Origin: Promethearchaeota archaeon | Lineage (GTDB): Archaea; Asgardarchaeota; Odinarchaeia; Odinarchaeales; JBHLKK01 | Assembly (NCBI GenBank): GCA_048939465.1 | Contig: JBHLPL010000066.1 | Span: 1 to 10,752, forward strand | Direction of reading: 5' to 3' | Length of the DNA: 10,752 nt | The notes under the pieces: generated by a model | Told to the model about the DNA's origin: nothing | The model's input: only the letters and a program-made list of their open reading frames with translations | Databases searched by the model: none | Part shown: positions 7,611-10,752 of the stretch, piece by piece | Position numbering within the stretch: position 1 is the first letter of the stretch | Layout of the letters: each line of letters starts with the position of its first letter | Position numbers and translations under genes: made by a program

Positions 7611-8931
7611 ATGGTTGTGATAGCTCATGTCTCTGATACTCATCTAGGATATCGAACAACTGAGGGCGTTCGCGGTGGATGGGATGTGGAACGAAAGACT
7701 CGAAGGATAGAAAATGATTTCTACGAATCTTGGGAACATGTACTCAAAGAAATTACGGATCGAAAAGATGAGATAGATCTGATAGTACATGCGGGTGACC
7801 TTTTCGATACGCCTTGACTAATCGAGTTTGATGCTCATTAGGGGTAAGGATCGGAAGCCTCACCCTCCGCCCGAAGTAGCTAGAGAGGTTGTATTTAGGA
7901 GTCTGAAATCATTCTTCTCAGAAACGAAGATTCCAATGTTTGCCATAGATGGTAACCATGGTGTATATACTGGTTATCATGCGTCTACGTTAGACACCTT
8001 GAAGATAGCCTTTCCTAAGTTGCATGTTATTACGCGATGGGATTTGTGGGATGCAATATTCAAGGGAAAATCTCTTTATCTAGACTCTAATGACGCAAGA
8101 ATCTTCGGCTTTCCTTACATAACCTCCGATATAATTGATAGATATGGCTTGACTTATGACTTCAATAGCTGGATTGTAAATCTGCAAACCCCCTCCGAGA
8201 ATAGGATCAATATTGCTGTTGTTCATGGCATGACTATCGATAATTCTCTGAATCCCAGAATATTAGACAATGGATATGATTATGTCGCTCTTGGGCACGA
8301 CCATCGGATGCACAAAATGTCTGAGAACTCCTGGTACTCCGGTTCAACAGAACGTTGGAGGTTTGATGAATGCGACCATCCGAAAGGTTTTCTCATAGCT
8401 CAAGTAGAATCGGATGAGCCAGCTGAGATCAAAAGAGTTCATCTGAAATTGGGAAGGCCGATGTATGTTAAGAGAATAGAGGTTGGCTCAGACCTTACTT
8501 CGAAGCAGATTAATGAAAGAGTAATGAGCTGGATCGAGAAACTGGGATTAGCCTGCGGGTGGGATTCCAAGACTGGCGCTAGGCTGAAATTCATTTTTGA
8601 AGGGAAGATTCCGGTTGAATTCTGGAGAATCACAAACGAACTTGAGTTACTGAGAAGGGAACTCCTTGGAAATGATGATTACAATGTAGTTCAACTGGTC
8701 TGGGACTGGAAGGCTGCACTCAGAGAATGGATTCCGCCTGCATTTCAAGATGAAGGTGTTGAGTATCTTATCGGGGATCCTGAGAAGGATTTCGAAGACT
8801 ATCTCAAAGCGATTGAAATCGAAGAGGGTTTTGAGCCAGCGCTACTGATTAAGATTGCCAGCAAAGCAATCAAAAAGACGTTAATGGGTGGTAGGAGTGC
8901 TGATAAAAAGGATCAGACTGAGGAACTTTAA
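7611..8931 (+). CDS. mre11: Mre11/SbcD metallophosphoesterase nuclease; predicted join(7611..7816,7848..8931), 429 aa after splicing
   Basis: Motif I AHVSDTHLG and motif II HAGDLFD are in the 5' piece. Motif III IDGNHG, motif IV AVVHG, motif V ALGHDH and YSGSTER are in the 3' piece. The pieces are in different frames and are rejoined by removing 7817-7847. ATG 7611 is preferred over GTG 7602 because of SD spacing. Confidence 0.9.
7817..7847 (+). other. Putative 31-nt bulge-helix-bulge (archaeal tRNA-type) intron in the mre11 mRNA
   Basis: Central 4-bp helix GCCT(7811-14)/GGGT(7842-45); 3-nt bulges TGA(7815-17) and AAG(7846-48); intron stem CTAAT(7818-22)/ATTAG(7837-41) + GAG/CTC. Exon-exon stem TTTTCGAT.C(7801-10)/GATCGGAAG(7849-57), plus GGGTGA(7793-98)/TCACCC(7860-65). 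Cuts TG|A and AA|G restore the frame. Confidence 0.8.
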
Positions 8932-10752
8932 GCCCTTCAAAGATTTAATACTTCCCGGAAAGGATCAAGTCTTTCCTGAGGGCCTTATACTAATTGAAGG
9001 AAGGAACTCCTCGGGAAAATCTTCAATAGTCGAGGCAATCCTGTGGGCATTCTGGGGACCAAGCGCAGTAGTTCTCAGCAATGAGGATCTGATCCGATTT
9101 GGGAGCTCCAAATGTCAAGTTATCGTTGAATTCGAAGTTGAAGGAAACGGATATGTGATAGATCGTTCTTACGAGCGGGGGGGAACCATTCATGTTGCTT
9201 TGTCTCAGATTGTCGATGGGCAGAAGAGAATCCTAGCAAGCAAGTCTGGCGGAGTTGATCGAGAGCTCTTCAGCATTCTAAGAATCGGGTACCAGCAGGC
9301 TTTGAAAACTCTTTTGATCCGCCAAGGCGAGGTAGCCGAGCTTGCGACAGCAACTCCTGCCAGACTTCGAGAACTCATACAAGACGTTTACAACCTGAAG
9401 ATCTTTGATCAAGTAGGAAACACGCTACGGGATGAAGAGAATACGGTTCAGGGCAAGATCGGGAGAATAGAACAAGATTACATAGATCCGAACATCATAA
9501 AAAAGCAAGCTGATTCCCTAAGAAGAAGGATGAAGGAAGTCGATAAGGAAATCGTTAAGCTTTCGAAATCTGAGAAAGAGCTGAAGGGAAATCTAGATCT
9601 TCTGCCTGAAGCCAACCTCATACGAGCCATGGAGCTAGCAAAAGCCCGAGTTGATGATTCAAGTGAATCCATCCAAAAAGAGAATAAGCGGCTCCAAAAT
9701 AAGTATAGAGAACTAAGAATGACTCCCCCCAAGGGGATCTCAGATCTGGCTCTAGTTAGAAGAAAAGTCAAAGCAGATCAATTGAAGATAGAAAAGAGGA
9801 TAGCAAATGGTAGAAAGAAATCTGATGCCTTAGTCGAGGAAATTGGACGTCTGAGAGGAGTAAATCGAGGTCTCGAAGAAAAAATCCAAAGACTAAGCGA
9901 ACCTTCCCTTGCCAAAGGAAGAGTTTTTAGATGCCCGACCTGTAATACCCCCCTCTCATTGAAGAAGAGAGATGATATCATTTCAGACTATAAGGGAGTT
10001 ATTGATTCTAATAACAAAACCATTTCGAGGCAGCAAACAGAGAATGGGAGACTGCACATCAAAACGGAGCAGTTAGACCGGAAACGGATTGAGCTGATTC
10101 ACCTTGACAATGAGTTGAATACGATTCCTGAGATCTACAACAGAATAGATTCTCTCCAAGAGACTAGGAGCCTGAATTCATCTGAGTTGAGAGGAATGCT
10201 TGAAGAGACTGGTTCCTCTTCTCTGGAGGGGCTTCTCTCGAAGTTTTCGGCCAGAACCTTCTCAGATTTGAATTCGCTGGTTCAGGAGAAGCAGAACGAA
10301 TTGCACGGGGTTGTTGCTGAGATCAAAGCTAAGAGGGGTGAATTAGACGTCATCGATCAGCAAATAAAGGAGCTTAAATCGCAAAGAAGCAAAATGGAGA
10401 AGCTGGCAAAAGAGCGAGAGAAGTTGGAATACTTGGACAGACATATCCAACACCTTCGAAAAGTGTTGATGAAAGGATTCCTCACTCAGTTTGTGGTTCA
10501 GAGACGTCTTCTCGGGGCTATAAAGCGGGCTTCTGCAGTTTATCTAAGCAGGTTTACTGCAGGTCAGTACGTCTACGTCGATCTTATTCCCACGGAAGCC
10601 AGGGGGGGAGGCGGTTCTGGATTAAGTCTTCAAATAGAAGACAGAATGGACGGCATGTTTAAACAGAAAGAACAGTTGAGTTTTGGAGACAGGACAGCTG
10701 TTGGACTTGCACTTCGGCTGGGGATTGCACAAACTATGGCCAGAATCAGGCC
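8897..10752 (+). CDS. rad50: Rad50/SbcC SMC-family ATPase (3' end outside the window; absent from the supplied ORF track)
   Basis: Manual translation from GTG 8897 is stop-free to the window end (618 codons): MLIKRIRLRNFKPF, Walker A EGRNSSGKSS, Q-loop LIRQGEV, coiled coil, Zn hook CPTC (9932-9943), ABC signature-like LSFGDR (10676-10693). Overlaps the mre11 3' end by 35 nt. Confidence 0.93.
   Translation, partial: MLIKRIRLRNFKPFKDLILPGKDQVFPEGLILIEGRNSSGKSSIVEAILWAFWGPSAVVLSNEDLIRFGSSKCQVIVEFEVEGNGYVIDRSYERGGTIHVALSQIVDGQKRILASKSGGVDRELFSILRIGYQQALKTLLIRQGEVAELATATPARLRELIQDVYNLKIFDQVGNTLRDEENTVQGKIGRIEQDYIDPNIIKKQADSLRRRMKEVDKEIVKLSKSEKELKGNLDLLPEANLIRAMELAKARVDDSSESIQKENKRLQNKYRELRMTPPKGISDLALVRRKVKADQLKIEKRIANGRKKSDALVEEIGRLRGVNRGLEEKIQRLSEPSLAKGRVFRCPTCNTPLSLKKRDDIISDYKGVIDSNNKTISRQQTENGRLHIKTEQLDRKRIELIHLDNELNTIPEIYNRIDSLQETRSLNSSELRGMLEETGSSSLEGLLSKFSARTFSDLNSLVQEKQNELHGVVAEIKAKRGELDVIDQQIKELKSQRSKMEKLAKEREKLEYLDRHIQHLRKVLMKGFLTQFVVQRRLLGAIKRASAVYLSRFTAGQYVYVDLIPTEARGGGGSGLSLQIEDRMDGMFKQKEQLSFGDRTAVGLALRLGIAQTMARIR

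Noticed and set aside
7798-7821. Programmed frameshift at CCTTTTC, or a single sequencing indel, as the cause of the mre11 split
   Set aside because: The +1 frame hits TAA 7819-7821 and the -1 frame hits TGA 7829-7831, so no single shift rejoins the two ORFs.
7828-7860. TTG 7828 as an independent start for a 367-aa Mre11 C-terminal ORF
   Set aside because: It would lack phosphoesterase motifs I and II, has no SD, and lies inside the predicted intron hairpin. Splicing explains both fragments.
7811-7860. 46-bp insertion with a 4-bp target-site duplication (GCCT…GCCT), i.e. a tiny MITE
   Set aside because: Removing it also restores the frame, but there are no terminal inverted repeats at those ends, and the exact BHB geometry fits the 31-nt intron better. 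Kept only as the alternative to test.
10602-10608. G7 tract in rad50 (and A8 in tfb near 3935) as phase-variation sites
   Set aside because: Both are short, in frame, and explained by Gly or Lys codons. There is no frame disruption.
1-10752. CRISPR array, IS or transposase, rRNA or tRNA genes
   Set aside because: No regularly spaced repeats, transposase motifs, long terminal inverted repeats or RNA-gene signatures were seen.

Overview
Archaeal chromosomal window; lineage cannot be determined from the sequence alone. All supported genes are on the + strand. In order: the 3' part of a beta-CASP/RNase J-like MBL-fold hydrolase (<1-1014), a stand-alone N6-adenine DNA methyltransferase (1058-2968), a ~630-bp hairpin-rich gap with no credible ORF, a divergent TFB paralog (3603-4442), and a DNA double-strand-break resection cluster nurA-herA-mre11-rad50. 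rad50 starts at GTG 8897 and runs off the window, so the ORF track misses it. Key observation: mre11 appears split (71-aa + 367-aa ORFs), but the break folds into a canonical bulge-helix-bulge (BHB) motif. Cutting at the standard archaeal splicing-endonuclease positions removes a 31-nt intron (7817-7847) that carries stop codons in all three frames and restores one ~429-aa Mre11 (…GDLFDTP-W-DRKPHPPPEV…). This is a candidate tRNA-type intron in a DNA-repair mRNA; the established archaeal mRNA example is cbf5.
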